The notes beneath the pieces are model-generated. The model worked only from the letters and a program-made list of their open reading frames with translations. It had not been told where the DNA came from and ran no database searches. A stretch of DNA of 53,541 bases, counting the filler, from Bipalium vagum (Eukaryota): assembly GCA_037834085.1 (NCBI GenBank). It is 3 parts of 3 records of this genome, joined end to end, with 100 filler letters (N's around TTAATTAATTAA, not from the genome) between each part and the next. Parts side by side here need not be neighbours in the genome. Positions count along the whole stretch, not along the records: positions 19,047 to 34,883 come from JBBMKC010143195.1; positions 34,984 to 53,541 come from JBBMKC010025597.1; 1 more part is not named here. The stretch is one strand, 5' to 3'. Shown here piece by piece: positions 23,200 to 35,744 of the stretch. Each line of letters starts with the position of its first letter. The stretch's first letter is position 1. A program made the position numbers and the translations under genes.

Positions 23200-26100
23200 T
23201 TTATGAGTATTAATTTTGCATCTTTTAATGGTTTTCGGGGATCTCTTAAAAGAAAATTACAGCCAAGAATCCTTTCGACAATGAAAGGTCCTTTAAATGT
23301 CCGGGTAAATTTTGGGGATTGTCCTTTTTTTAACGCTTGGATTTTCTACCATCACTCTATCTCCTATATTAATATTGGGATTTTAAACTTTTTTATCATA
23401 ATTTTCTTTCATAGCTTCCTGATTATATTTGATGGATAAACCAGCTTTGCTCCATGCCTCTTGCATTCTCTTTTTCATGATTGTAACATAATCGGGCTCC
23501 TACTCATCGGTTTTTGAAAAATAAGGTCAATTGACAAATTAGAGTTTCTTAGATACATTAAGTAAAAAGGGGTAAAGCCTGTTCCTATTTTAATGGCATT
23601 TCGATAGGCGAAAAGGCATGATGGAATATGAATATCCCAATCATTTTGCTTATTGTTTACGTATGAGGCTATCATGTTAGTTAAAGTATAATTAAATCTC
23701 TCTACTAAGCCATCAGTTTGTGGGTGATAAGGGGTGGTATTTAATTTTAATATGTTAAAATAAGTGTTAATAGAGGCTAATAACTCGCTCATATCTTCTT
23801 AGTATTCCATACCGGAATATGATTTGTTCAACAAAAATTTTGGATATTGTATCTGCTTTGTGGTTTGGCATGGGAAATGCCTCTGGCCATTTAGTAAGAT
23901 AGTCGCTCATAACTAGGATGTAAACATTTCCTGAAACGGTTTGAGGAATTGGTCATACTATGTCCATGGCTATCATTTCCATGGGAGCAGAGGGTACTGG
24001 CATAGGTTTCAGTGGTGCTATAAATTTTCTACCTGTATTCCTACGTGCTTGGCATATTTTGCACGTAATACACCATTGTTTAATATCTTTGATCATATTC
24101 AGTCAGTAGTGCTTTTGGCTTATACGGGAACGGATTTTACGATTTGATAAATGTCCACGGATTGTTCCATCATGATATTGTACTAATACTGACTCTCGCA
24201 AACTTTCTGGTACAAAATAACTGAATTTAGATGTTCTTTATATTTTAATAATCCTTCATCCCAATTTGACTTAGTAAGCATACTTCAGGCATTCTGGATA
24301 GTGCGTCTGCATTTGCATTCGCCTTTCCTTTTCGGTAAATGATTTTATAATTGTATTCTGTATTTTAAGTGACCATCATATAAGGCGGAATGATGTGTCT
24401 CTGTGCTTTTCTAAATAAGCCAAGGGATTATGGTTAGTATATACAATAAATTCTCGATCCCATAAATGAGTTCGGAATTTTGTAACGCCAAATATGATTG
24501 CTAGGCATTCCAATTCTATTACAGCATAATGTTTTTCATGGGGTTTAAGACTTCTGCTAGCATAGGCGATTGCATAATATCTATTCCTAATACTCCACCA
24601 ATAGCAGTCCGCTAGCATCACACATTAATTCAAATTGTCTTTTGGGATCAGGGTAGCGTAAGATTGGTGATGACACTAAACATTGTTTTAATTTATCAAA
24701 AACTGTTTGATGATCAGGAGTCCATTTAAAAGTCTGTTCCTTTTTTAATAGCTTATTTAGGGGTGCTGCGATTTGAGCGAAGTTTTTAACAAATCTTCGG
24801 TAATAGTTGGCTAAACCGAGAAATATTTAAACTTGCTTGGGCGTTTTGGGAACACTTGCATTTTTTACTTTTTCTATTATTTCAGGTCAGGTTCTATGCC
24901 ATTTTATGATATTATGTGCCCTATATATTTTACGGAATTTTTTCCCCATTCACATTTTGTGGGTTTAATTTTGAAACCAGCTACTTTAATTCATTTTAAT
25001 ACTTCCTCAATGTCCTTCATATGGGTGTCGAAGTCAGGGGAAAATACAATGATGTCGTCTATGTATACTATGGCATGTGCAATGTCCATGAGCATAAGGT
25101 TCATAGCTCTTTGAAAAGTGGCGGGTGCTCCTGTAAGATCAAATGGCATCTTATTGAATTCATATACACCATTTTCTGTTATGAATGCTGTAGCTTCTCG
25201 TGACTGTTCGGCTACTTTGATGTTCATGTATCCTTATTGTAAATCAATTTTAGTAAACAGCTTAGCTGTACCCAATTTGTCGAACATGTCTTCGATTAAT
25301 GGGAGTGGATCTTTCACAGTAACTTCATTTAGTTTTCGGTAGTCTATGCACACTCTCCATTCTCCTCCTTTTTTTTTACAATTATCATCGGTGAAGACCA
25401 TGGTGATGAGCTTGGGCTGATAATGCCAGTTTTTAGCCAGTGAGCTATTTGCTTAACCGCCTCTGTTTTTAAAGTGTGTGGGGTGCGGTAAGCTCGTTGT
25501 TTAATGGGTTGTAGATTTGTGATGCGTATTTCATGTTGCAGAATGTTGACTGTGCCGACGTCAAATTCATGTTTCGCAAATGCGTCTTTATAAATTCTTA
25601 ATAATTGTGTAAATCGTTTTTGTTGGAGATATGTTAGAGTAGTTGTAGTTACCTGAACTGGTTCGTAGACTTTCTTTGCCGGAGTTATGACATCTGTGTG
25701 TGGAACATATTCATTAATAGTTCCCACTCTCATTCCGGGGTGAATTTTTCGTGGTTTTACATCAAAATTAGCTATTCTTATGGGTATTCGGTTACGATTC
25801 ACAATGGCTAACGTGGCTTGTGTGGTGAGATTACTGTTATTAACGAATTTCTCAGATGACTCAAAGATCACTTCTTGTCCATTAGGCAAATTTGTAGCTA
25901 ATAAACATATCTGCTCGTGTCGGGCGGGTATAATGGCTTGATCTAGTACAACGGCTACATGGTCAGCATCCTTGCATCCTCGTGGGTGTACGAATTAAAA
26001 GGATTAAAGGATTAAACCTGGATTAAACCTGGGATTTTTGATAAAATATCCATGCCGATTATACATCCGAGTTCATTATTCTCCATTACTTTTAATGTGT

Positions 26101-26330
26101 GATCTATGTCGTGACCCATTATTCTAATAATGCTTCTGCATGTTCCTAATAAGGGTACTGACTTACCATCTATACCTATTACTGATATGGGTGATGTGTT
26201 TACGGCGAATTGTTCCTCTGTATTTAAAATTCGAGCGTCAATAAGAGAAGTCTGTGCGCCAGTATCTACTAGAGCCAGAACTCTGTGTTTATTTACTTTG
26301 ATTGCAATCATGGGTCGTGTTTCTTTGGTT
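23200..26330 (-). pseudogene. pol: aspartic protease, RT, RNase H, integrase (gypsy order)
   Basis: ALVDTGAQTSLI; [15 protein letters not shown]; MPFDLTGAPATFQR, VYIDDI; IAYASRSL...ELECLAI; TPYHPQTDGLVERFN; KGPF C-terminal motif. Confidence 0.95.
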
Positions 26331-26489
26331 GTGAATGAGTTTCTCACATAATATTCGTTAGGAGTTGGTGAATTATTATCATTTCTATTTACAGGGTTGA
26401 AGTTAAATTCGGAAAATATGTATATTTGATCAAACAATGATGGAACTTGTTGCATACTGATTGTGGCATTATATTCGGCTGCGGCTTGT

Positions 26490-27100
26490 AGGATTATAGT
26501 TTCTGTTAGTTGCTTATCCCGGGCCATGTCTAGCGCAGTTTGACCATATATATGTCGGTGAAATAGGTTTCCATCGGGTTTTTAAAGCAATATTTTAACT
26601 CTTTCTGTATCAACTTCATAGCGACTTGCAAGATGAAGGGGTGTTTCATCATTTAAATATTCTCTTTCATTTACATCTGCCATAAACTCATTGTCATATC
26701 CTCTGAGTTCAATCGTTAATTTTACTGATTCTACAAAATTTGATGTAGGGATGTTTGAATGTTGTTTTGATATCGTTGAAACATTTGGGGTAAGTGCTTG
26801 CATTGAACTTGTATCATTATATATCGTAAAGCATCTATATTGGTGGCAGCTAAGGCATGGTTTATGACTGATTTACCTGCTTTATCCCAATGGTCTATTT
26901 TACATCCACTAATTTGATTGTTACATTTAATGAAACATCACATGCAGGGGTTATGAGATGTGGTGTATGTCCAAAGGTATTCTCAAAATTGAGGACCCAT
27001 CTAAAAATACTTTTATAATTTCGATAATTTCGAGTGCCATTGATGAATTTCCTTTTAGAATCGCATTATGTACCCGGGTATCACCAAATTTATCTGGGAC
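26490..27100 (-). pseudogene. Ankyrin-repeat domain (IkB/cactus-like), ~5 repeats, frameshifted, directly upstream of the protease
   Basis: DKFGDTRVHNAILKG; LNFENTFGHTP; SGCKIDHWDKAGKSVINHA; ADVNEREYLNDETPLHLA...VKILL; YGQTALDMA (in frame with the protease ORF 26012-26527). Confidence 0.75.
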
Positions 27101-27568
27101 TGTGAAAAAAGCTGGTATTTTCGAGCCATTTCATTAAATGTTTCTTCCTTTGATAAACCGAATGTGAAATAATGAGCTATTTATCATGCCAAATTTTATT
27201 GAAATATAAATATTTTTTCGGCTTCATTCTAGGGGCTTTTCAGCCCAACCATGTATTTCTAAACGCATCATGACATCATTTTCTTGAATGGACTTTCGAA
27301 TTTTAAATAGCTCAGATTGGGGATATAATGTAGATCGGTTTGGCATTTTGTCTAGGCTGTTGGTTTGGGGTGTTTGGTATTCTATTGTCTCTATTATAGA
27401 GGGTGTTTTTGCTTTCTTGGAAATATTGGTTTTAAATTTATTGTAAACTTGTGAGGTGGTACTGTAGATGTTTTTTGGTTCCTCTATATTCCAATTGGGC
27501 CAGTAATCTTTGAGTTCTGTGATTGCGGGTTTTGGCAGTGTTGATTCATTGTCATCATTGCTATTATT

Positions 27569-29503
27569 TTACTTCCTATGGTGATGATGTCGGTGCTTTG
27601 AAGTTCTGGTAATGGGTTTGTACCTATAATGGCATTGCTTTCTCAATAAATCAATATGTTTTCGATGCCTTTTATGCAATTCTCGGTTGGCTATTGGTGG
27701 AAATAAGGCTAAGATTAATTTCCAAAAACATCCTAGTGCGTAATGTAAGCTGCGACCTGACATAAAACTGCTACCGATTCCTGTTAGTATTTGACAGATG
27801 AAATATATACCTGAAAATCCCGCAACCCATGTACCGAATGTATTAAATCCTCCACAAATATACGTGATGACATTCTTTGCTGCATGAATGTAATGGTGTG
27901 TTCCGAATAATAGGTTATAATCCATCTTTCCTTGCTGGGCATTGTAAATTTTCGTAATCATTTCTATTATTCCTCTCTCTTGGGCCTGAGGAAAGAGTAT
28001 TACTTTCCTGGCTTGGTCAATGTCTTCAGGGGAGTATATTCCTCCTTCATTAATAGATGGTAGTGGTTTAAATTCGACTATATTTTGCATCTCTATTGCT
28101 TCTATTGTTTGTACTTTTTCTCTTGGTGGCTTCCTTTCTGGTATACATTGCTCGCCAATTTTATATAGAGGGGATATGATGGGACCACACATGGCTATTC
28201 GAGGCTGTAAGTGTACTTCTAGTATTATTCGAGTTAATGGGGATACAAACCGTAATTTCTTTTGATAAATAAATCACTAGTGCATTCGTTATATTTTGCC
28301 AATGGAACATTTACTTTCTCGCATTTGTACGTTTACAATGCTTCACTCATTTTACGACCGAAAACGCCATCTTGTACTAATAAGGGTGATGTCAGTTCGG
28401 TGTTATTGATGGCTAGGAGTAATCGATTTTTTAATATTTCACGTCTTAATTTGCAGTCGTTTAAAATGGTCTCTTGATATACATCCTTTAATTGTGTTTG
28501 TAAATCGTGATAAAGATAGTCTATCTTATTATTTAAGTACATATTTAGCTTAATATCTGAACTATCTTTTGGCATTGGTTTTGATAATCTATCTTTAGTG
28601 ACTTATATCCCTTTATAATTGGTTTCATATACTGCTACTCCACACTTGACTATCTGTTTCTTAATAATCAATCGGATTAGTTCCTTTTTATCCGTTGTTA
28701 TCAGAACAATGGGTGTTTTTGCTTCATCTATGGCAGAACTTCGTCTAGGGGCTGTTCGGTAATTTTCTGGAATTTTAGTATATTCATTTTGGGTGGGATT
28801 AAGTCGTCCACCTGTTATTTCTTGAAAAATTGTAAATTTCAGACTTCTCAGGTTACAGTGGTCTTTATTGTTATCATATAGTAGTGCTGCTTCTTGTGTA
28901 ACATAATATCCCTTTTTTAGATTGCAACTTTGTTTAAATAATAATTGTCCGGTAATAACATCGAATACACCTTCATACGTAAGTAGTTCAACTTGATAGT
29001 TCTCTATATCTACTACTTCATTAACGTCTTGTCCAGATACTTTCTTCTGTTCCCCTTCACATTTTCCATCATAATTTATTGATCCCCTTGTATTTGCCTT
29101 GTTATCATATTTTTCTTCATTGCTATGGCTATTTTGTCGTCTATTCGAATTTTATTGAACTGGAAGGCATTTCGCATGTTTTGGCTGTTACACGTACTTC
29201 TCGGGGTAATAATTTTGGCGGATATTATTGAGTTATGGTTATGCATACCACAATAATACCGTAAGGTTAAAAGTGTCAACCTTACCTCTGTACTCCTTCA
29301 CTTGGCTACGAAAATAATCGCTGATACATAGTATGCTGATGTTTTGGCGGTTAAGTTATTTGGTGAAAGGTAAGTGCATTCATGTGTATCTATGAGCGAA
29401 TATATTTTTCCAAATTTTGTGTTAGCGCAATCATAAGCTATCAATGCTCTCCTGGTTTAAACAGTGAAAACATCAACATCATCATCATCCTCCATTGCAT
29501 CAT
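27569..29503 (-). pseudogene. Chuvirus-like (class III, gB-related) envelope glycoprotein, disrupted
   Basis: Leader MMQWRMMMMLMFSL then ALIAYDC...YSLIDTHEC; YYCGMHNHNS; CKLRREILKNRLLLA; GGIYSPEDI....ILFP; TM region FNTFGTWVAGFSGIYF...LHYALG. Confidence 0.8.
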
Positions 29504-30302
29504 GTTTGATTTACTGCTGAATTAGCCGTAGAGTTATTGTTTATTGTATTTAGCGTTTGCCATCCTATCATGTTTTCAAGAAAGGGTTCTATTATTTCTT
29601 TTATATTTTTTGTAGTGTCTCTAATTACCGTTTGTATTTTCTCTGGGGATTGTTTAATGCTTTGCATTGCCTGTTGAATTAGGACTGTGAGTCCAGTTAA
29701 ACATGTTCCACGATTAGGTTTATTTGTAATGAGGTCTTGTATTTGGGATAAATTCATGTCATTAAGACTTTTTATTTTAGGAATTAGATTTTTTATTTTA
29801 TTTATTAAATTGTAATTTTCACTATCATTTGGGCAGTTATCAGTTTGTAATGCATGAATTATAGTGGTGATTTTGTGCAGTAGCTCATTTGGAATGTTTT
29901 CATTATCGAAATCACTATTTACTTGTTCTGCCAATTTTTGCGTCTGTTTAAATATAAGAGTTTGTTTACTTGATTTAATGTATCCGTTTTTGTCAACTGC
30001 TTAATGTAGGGTATAATGTCCGATACAGGGTTTGGTTTTTTAATTTTGATTGCTGGTTTCTGAGTTTCTATTTCAGGACCCGAAACTATATCGGTTTTTA
30101 TAGTTTGGTCTCATGCTTGTGATGTTATCGGCTTATCTCTAGGTGGGATTGTAACGTATTCTGGGGTGTTAAGCTCATTGCTATCTTCTGATATTTGTGC
30201 ATCATCTATATCTATGGGCCAATATTGTGGATTCATTCGAACTATGGGTTGATAGTCTTGTTTTAAAATTTCCTGTAATACTACATCAGTTTCATCTATT
30301 TC

Positions 30303-31241
30303 CTACCATACCTTATTGATTATTTCGTGTTTTTCCTGCTGTATTGGTATTTTCTCCTCTGATTCTATAGGAACTTCACAATACTCTGGCTCGACCTCCT
30401 TAGGGGGAATTTGTGCTTCTTTTATGGTATCTGTCAGATCTATTACTTCGGTTATCGTTGTCTGTTTTTGAGTATCAGGATAATGTACCTGAATTATATT
30501 CGTTTTACGAGGTTTACAACCACAATCTATTAAGTGCTCGTCATCATCTATTAGTTTACCGAATATTTCTAATAGTGGAATTGTAGGGAGTTGCAATTTT
30601 TCTGCTGCTTTTTTGCGTAATTTTTGTACTTTGCTATTCAGGGGCATTATATACGTTTCACTAGTGTTATTGGGCATTTGTAGCTGAATCGTTATTGTTT
30701 TATATTCGTTATTACTTTGTCTCAATGCTTGACCATATTTTCTTTAGATGCTTTCTAGCTCTTTTTGATAAACCGCTGAAAAGGTTGCCCAATTTCGAAT
30801 TTTATCATAATTTAGCTTGGATTTAATCATTTCTTGCGTTAGTTTAACGGGGATATTATTCATGTATTTTTTATCCTGTTCACTTACTTCTGATATACTG
30901 CATATCATTTCTTCATTAATAACCTCTTCTGGCTGAAAACTTATCTCAATTACGTTGTACCTACCTGGTATAATGCCAGATTCTATTAAACTATTATTAA
31001 TATTAAGTTTTGTTTTATAATAATGGAGGTTAACTGGTCTTTTTAGGCTCTCTTGTATATCAGTTAATATTTCTTGCACCATGGTTTTTGTGGTGGCTAC
31101 GTTTCGTACAGTTAAATTATCAGGATATTTGTAATATATGGTGAAAATCGTTTCTATCTCTGACCATTCCTTTCCTATTTTTCGTAATAGCTGAAGCTCT
31201 ATTGGGGAACTTACTCTATGAAATCGTAAGAAATGTTTCAC
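30303..31241 (-). pseudogene. Two tandem ubiquitin-like (beta-grasp) domain candidates downstream of gag
   Basis: ITIQLQMPNN..ETYIMPLNSKVQKLRKKAAEKLQLP...LEIFGKLIDDDEHLIDCGC....IIQV and FTIYYKYP....TMVQEILTDIQE....LHYYKTKLNINNSLIESGI...NVIEI follow the ubiquitin hydrophobic pattern. Confidence 0.55.
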
Positions 31242-31489
31242 TTCTTCGATGTTATCAATTGATGTTTCCCCTGTTATCTATTTTTGTGCTATCTCGTTAG
31301 CGTTTCTTGCCTCTATCGCCATATCAAAAATAATAGTGATGTGGTTAGATTTTTCTTGTTCGGGTTCACCTAATCTTTCTACTTTCGCATATTCCTCCCT
31401 GAGCAGTGATTCTAATCTCTCAATGTGTGACATACTTGCCTCAATTGTGTCATTAATTTCCTCATTATAGTTTACAATATTTTTTTAGG

Positions 31490-32735
31490 CGTTAATGCGG
31501 GACAACTTCTCTGTAAGTGTCTAAATTTTCCGCAAATAAAACATTTTATCTTTCCCTCAACATTCACTTGTTGACGTTGGGGTGAATTAAAATTTATGCC
31601 TTGGGATACATTTATACTTTGAGGTGAATTAAAAGTTATACTCCTACACACTTCTTTTACATGTCCTCTTTTCCCACATTGTAAACATAATACATTTTGC
31701 GCTCTGCATTCAGTTGCATTATGATTTCTTCGTGCACATTTAGTACATTGTTTATCAAATTGATTATTTGCACTATTGAAATCAAATTGTTTATTTCCGG
31801 AATTATTATATTCAAATGGCTTATTTCCATAATTATTGTTGTATTAAAATGCTTTATTATTATACTCAAATTGCTTATTAATTATTCTTAATTATTATTA
31901 TTAAACTCAAAGGGTTTATTTGCAAAATTATTCCCACTATTATAATTATTTCTATTTGGGTATTGATTCACTGGGGCTCTCGTTTGATTTCGTTGGCTAC
32001 CTCTATCTAAAACATTATAAGGCTTAGTGAATTATTCATTAAATCGGACTCTTTTGTCATTCGGACATTCTCTGGCTCCATGACCCATTTCATTACATTT
32101 ATAACATTGTATTTGACTATTATTATTTGTTTTAATAGGTGATTTTGGCCTTAATCCGAGGGACTGTGGACCTTTATTTATTACATTTATTGTTTTCATT
32201 TCTACTGCAGTTTCGGCTAATTTTGCTTTTTGAATTAATTGCTCAAATGCTTCATGTCTATATGATAGCTGCTTTAATTTCATACTTTAAACCTGACCAC
32301 CATTGGTCTTTTACAATAACTTTAGTGTTTTCGTCCCACTTATCTTGTAAACCGAAAGCTGTTTGGGCTACGGTTCTTAAATTATGGGTATATTCTGATA
32401 ATGTTTCATTTAATTTTTGCTTTAAACCATAAGATTGTTGCCTAATTAAATGACCTGTCAATTGTGAAAATTTTTTCCTCTAATGCTGCTTTAACTGATG
32501 CCCAATTGTAATCTTTACCTTTGGCTACCATATCTAAATATGCGTCTCTTGCTGCACCTTTTAAATAAATGGGAAGTCTGTTCATCATTACTTTTTCATT
32601 AAAACCATATACACGCATTATTGTATAATAGTTTGATAAGAAATCAGGTAATTCAGCTAGATTTCCTTTGTAGGTATCCATTTTAATATAACCAGTGTAC
32701 GTACTACTATTGTCTTCCTGTTCACTTTCAGTCAT
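31490..32735 (-). pseudogene. gag with four CCHC zinc knuckles
   Basis: Capsid-like LPIYLKGAARDAY...W..VK..L and LKQK.NETLSEY...L. Knuckles CYKCNEMGHGAREC, CTKCARRNHNATEC, CLQCGKRGH, CFICGKFRHLQRSC. Confidence 0.85.
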
Positions 32736-33015
32736 TTTAGTTAATTTATTTTTATTACTTTTTTCTGTAAAAAGAGGGCGAGTTTGAGAACGAGTGATGA
32801 TAGGTCTTTCAACAATTAGACTTTGCTTTTTGGACTTTTTTACTTTTACTTTTTTAATTTGACTATCAGATTCGGAATTAATAGTTGTTACGTTTGGAAA
32901 ATTATTATTATTATCTTCAGAATCAAAATTATTATTACCAGTATCAAGATTATTATTATTATTAGCCGTTTTATTTTTATATGCTCCGAACGTTTACCAC
33001 GTTGGGCTCACCAAA

Positions 33016-33567
33016 TGTTAAGATCCTAAGAGATGGGATAAGTTGATGTTAAAGATGGAGCTTACTGTGATACTTAGACCTTAACGGTTGAAGGTTGCTT
33101 TTAAATGTGTTCTGTTAAAATGACTGAGAAAACAATTTACTTTAAAATGCTTTTATTTTATTCAAAATAAAGTCACAATTACGTGATATCGATTCTAGCT
33201 GATTTAAGGGCTTTAAAGTGATTTTATTAATTATAATTATTATTTAGAAAAATCCTCTCGCTCTTAGGCCAGAGGTCCTCAGTATAAGAAGAAAAAATAT
33301 ACTTCGCCAGGGTGTGAAGTAAAAACAAATAAAAGAAAAAGGCAATGAGAAATTGTAACTGAAAAAGTTAAATAATCTTCAGGTCCTGGCTTGAGTATTT
33401 AATTACTTATTTAGTACAAACTGTGTCTTGTCTAACAAGACACGCCTATTTAATAATGAAATAATAAAATTATAAAATATTTATTTAAGATCGATACTAG
33501 TCTTGTGAACCTTTGGTTCCAAGCTAGTTTTATATTATATTAATAATATGTGTATATATAATTAACA
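33016..33567 (-). repeat. 5' LTR (~552 bp), followed by PBS at ~32997-33013
   Basis: TGTTAA...TTAACA termini; minus strand reads ...TTAACA-TT-TGGTGAGCCCAACGTGG. The outer boundary is inferred from the inverted terminal motif only. Confidence 0.7.
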
Positions 33568-33959
33568 ATAAAAACTTTATTATACTGAATGTAGTATATT
33601 AAAATAAATACTCAATCAACACTGGAATACTAAAATCAACTATTAATATAAACGTAACTGTTAAATACGGTAGAAAATTAAAATAAAACTAATAAAAACA
33701 CTACATTTATTAAAAAAACTTTGTTACAAATTTTTGTAACAAGTTAATAAAAAAAATTTAGAAACTTACTTACAAAGATCAAAGCATAAACATATATTTC
33801 AGATGTGATAGAATTTCTTCTTTTCTTCTTGGCTGGCTGTTCTCCGATTTGACTTGTCTTACAAATTCTTTTTCAATTATTCCTTTGATTCTCGGTTTTG
33901 ATTTTTGTTGTTGTTTCTTTTTTTTTTAAATTGCTAGTTTCTTTTATGAGTCGAATACA

Positions 33960-34600
33960 ATGATGTAGGCTTGATTAGCTTTTATGGAGGTCTGCTTGAT
34001 TTCTATGATGTATCTGATCACGACTGAACCGGTAAAAAATTATTTTGGTTTTGGTGTAGACTATAACTTGTTTAGCGGAGGTCTGCTCTCTGTTGACTAA
34101 TCGAGTTTTATCTAGTTAAAATTTTATTTTGTTTTCTGATTGTCTTATAATTTCTGCTTTCTTTTATATAATTCTTTTTTCCTTTTTATTTATAATTAGT
34201 AAATTTCTCTCCCTAAATATGATTCTGTTGTCCTTCTTTTTTTTTCTATTTTTACCATTTTCTTATAAAAATTCTTTCTTAATTTCTATTATTAGTAAGT
34301 TATTGTTGCACTAATATAAATTTTCTTAAAATACAGATAAATAAATAAATAAATAAATATAATTACAATTAGTACAGATTAATAATAATTACTATATATT
34401 ATTCAACAAAGTATTATTTTATACCTTATCTTATTTCGAAATTTCATTTTTTTAATTTATTATTTATTACTGCTTAATTATTAATCAGTCAAAATCGACT
34501 TACAATGAATATATTTTTGGATTATTAACCATTTCAAATAAAATTAAAAGAACAATACAATATCAAATAATACCAAGTATCATATACATATATAAAAGGA
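33960..34600 (-). repeat. Dispersed AT-rich repeat, second copy (inverted relative to 19790-20375)
   Basis: Reverse complement aligns by eye with ~19.8-20.4 kb. Confidence 0.6.
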
Positions 34601-34883
34601 AGGAGAATTTATCAGATATCGTGGATCACAAATAATGTCAAAATATCAGTTTTTGTTTGTCCAGAAAATGGTGAGACTACACATGATGTTATTAAGTGGG
34701 CTACAGAAGAAAATGAGGGTAATCATTTAATTGAATGGACCCAATTTTTATTGGCTGACGGTTTATTCAATTAAATGATTACCAATATCTTAACTGTGCA
34801 ATAGAGAAAAATTTTTTCTAGGTCTAAGCATAAAAAGTATTGAAGAAAATCTTAATAAATTTTAAATCATTTTAATTAATTTT

Positions 34884-34983
34884 NNNNNNNNNNNNNNNNN
34901 NNNNNNNNNNNNNNNNNNNNNNNNNNNTTAATTAATTAANNNNNNNNNNNNNNNNNNNNNNNNNNNNNNNNNNNNNNNNNNNN
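34884..34983. other. Assembly join with TTAATTAATTAA linker
   Basis: Same structure as 18947-19046. Confidence 0.97.
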
Positions 34984-35152
34984 TGTGAGCAGCAAAATGG
35001 TTGCCATTTGACTGATGTGGTTTACCATACATAATCCTGAAATAACTCCTGTATGTATACATGTAAATAAAACAATAAAAAATTAAAAATACACGTGTTT
35101 GTAAAAGTTTTTTTTGTTTTACATCGGTTAGTCTTTTAGTGGCCACCCTGTA
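34984..35152. mobile_element. Terminal fragment of a Tc1/mariner element
   Basis: Ends ...tagtggccaccctg|ta (CAGGGTGGCC-type TIR plus TA). Confidence 0.5.
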
Positions 35153-35744
35153 TTTATGATTTATTATTTTTTTAATATTAATTAAAATTTAATCCTTACA
35201 TTCATGATGTAACTCAACAACATTATTATTTACCAATTCCAGACATTTCCACTGCATACCGTTGGTTAATTTTGTTAGTTGGAATCTTTGTTTTGTTAGA
35301 TGATGAGATCTCGAAGTATACCATGATTTTATAATCCAACCATACGAATAACAGAAAATATAAATAGATTTTCAACAGTCAAGGAAATTGATGATAATTG
35401 AAAGAGATTATTTATAAGTGAAACACTATATAAAATAATTGATTTATTTATTTATATTTCAATATGATTTTGAAATGATTTTAAAAGTGTACATGTATAG
35501 AACATTCTCTTGCATTTCAGAGAGGAATTTATTCAAAACTTGACGAAAAATTCCAAAAAATAAAATCAAGGGTTTTAAAATTGCACAAAACATATTTTAT
35601 TTTTTAAAATTTATTAAAGGATATTTTAAAAATTTATTGACAGATTAAAATCAAAGAAAATATCACATTTTTCAATAAATGTGTTAATTAGTACAAATAT
35701 TTTCTAGACATTTTTGGATGTCATTTTTAATGATATTATATATA

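Larger units (their letters stand above)
22530..33567 (-). mobile_element. Large env-bearing Ty3/Gypsy element with cargo domains; 3' end truncated
   Basis: 5' LTR, PBS, gag, UBL-like domains, glycoprotein, ankyrin repeats, PR, RT, RH, IN and a 3' ORF are all collinear on the minus strand, with many stops and frameshifts. Confidence 0.88.
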
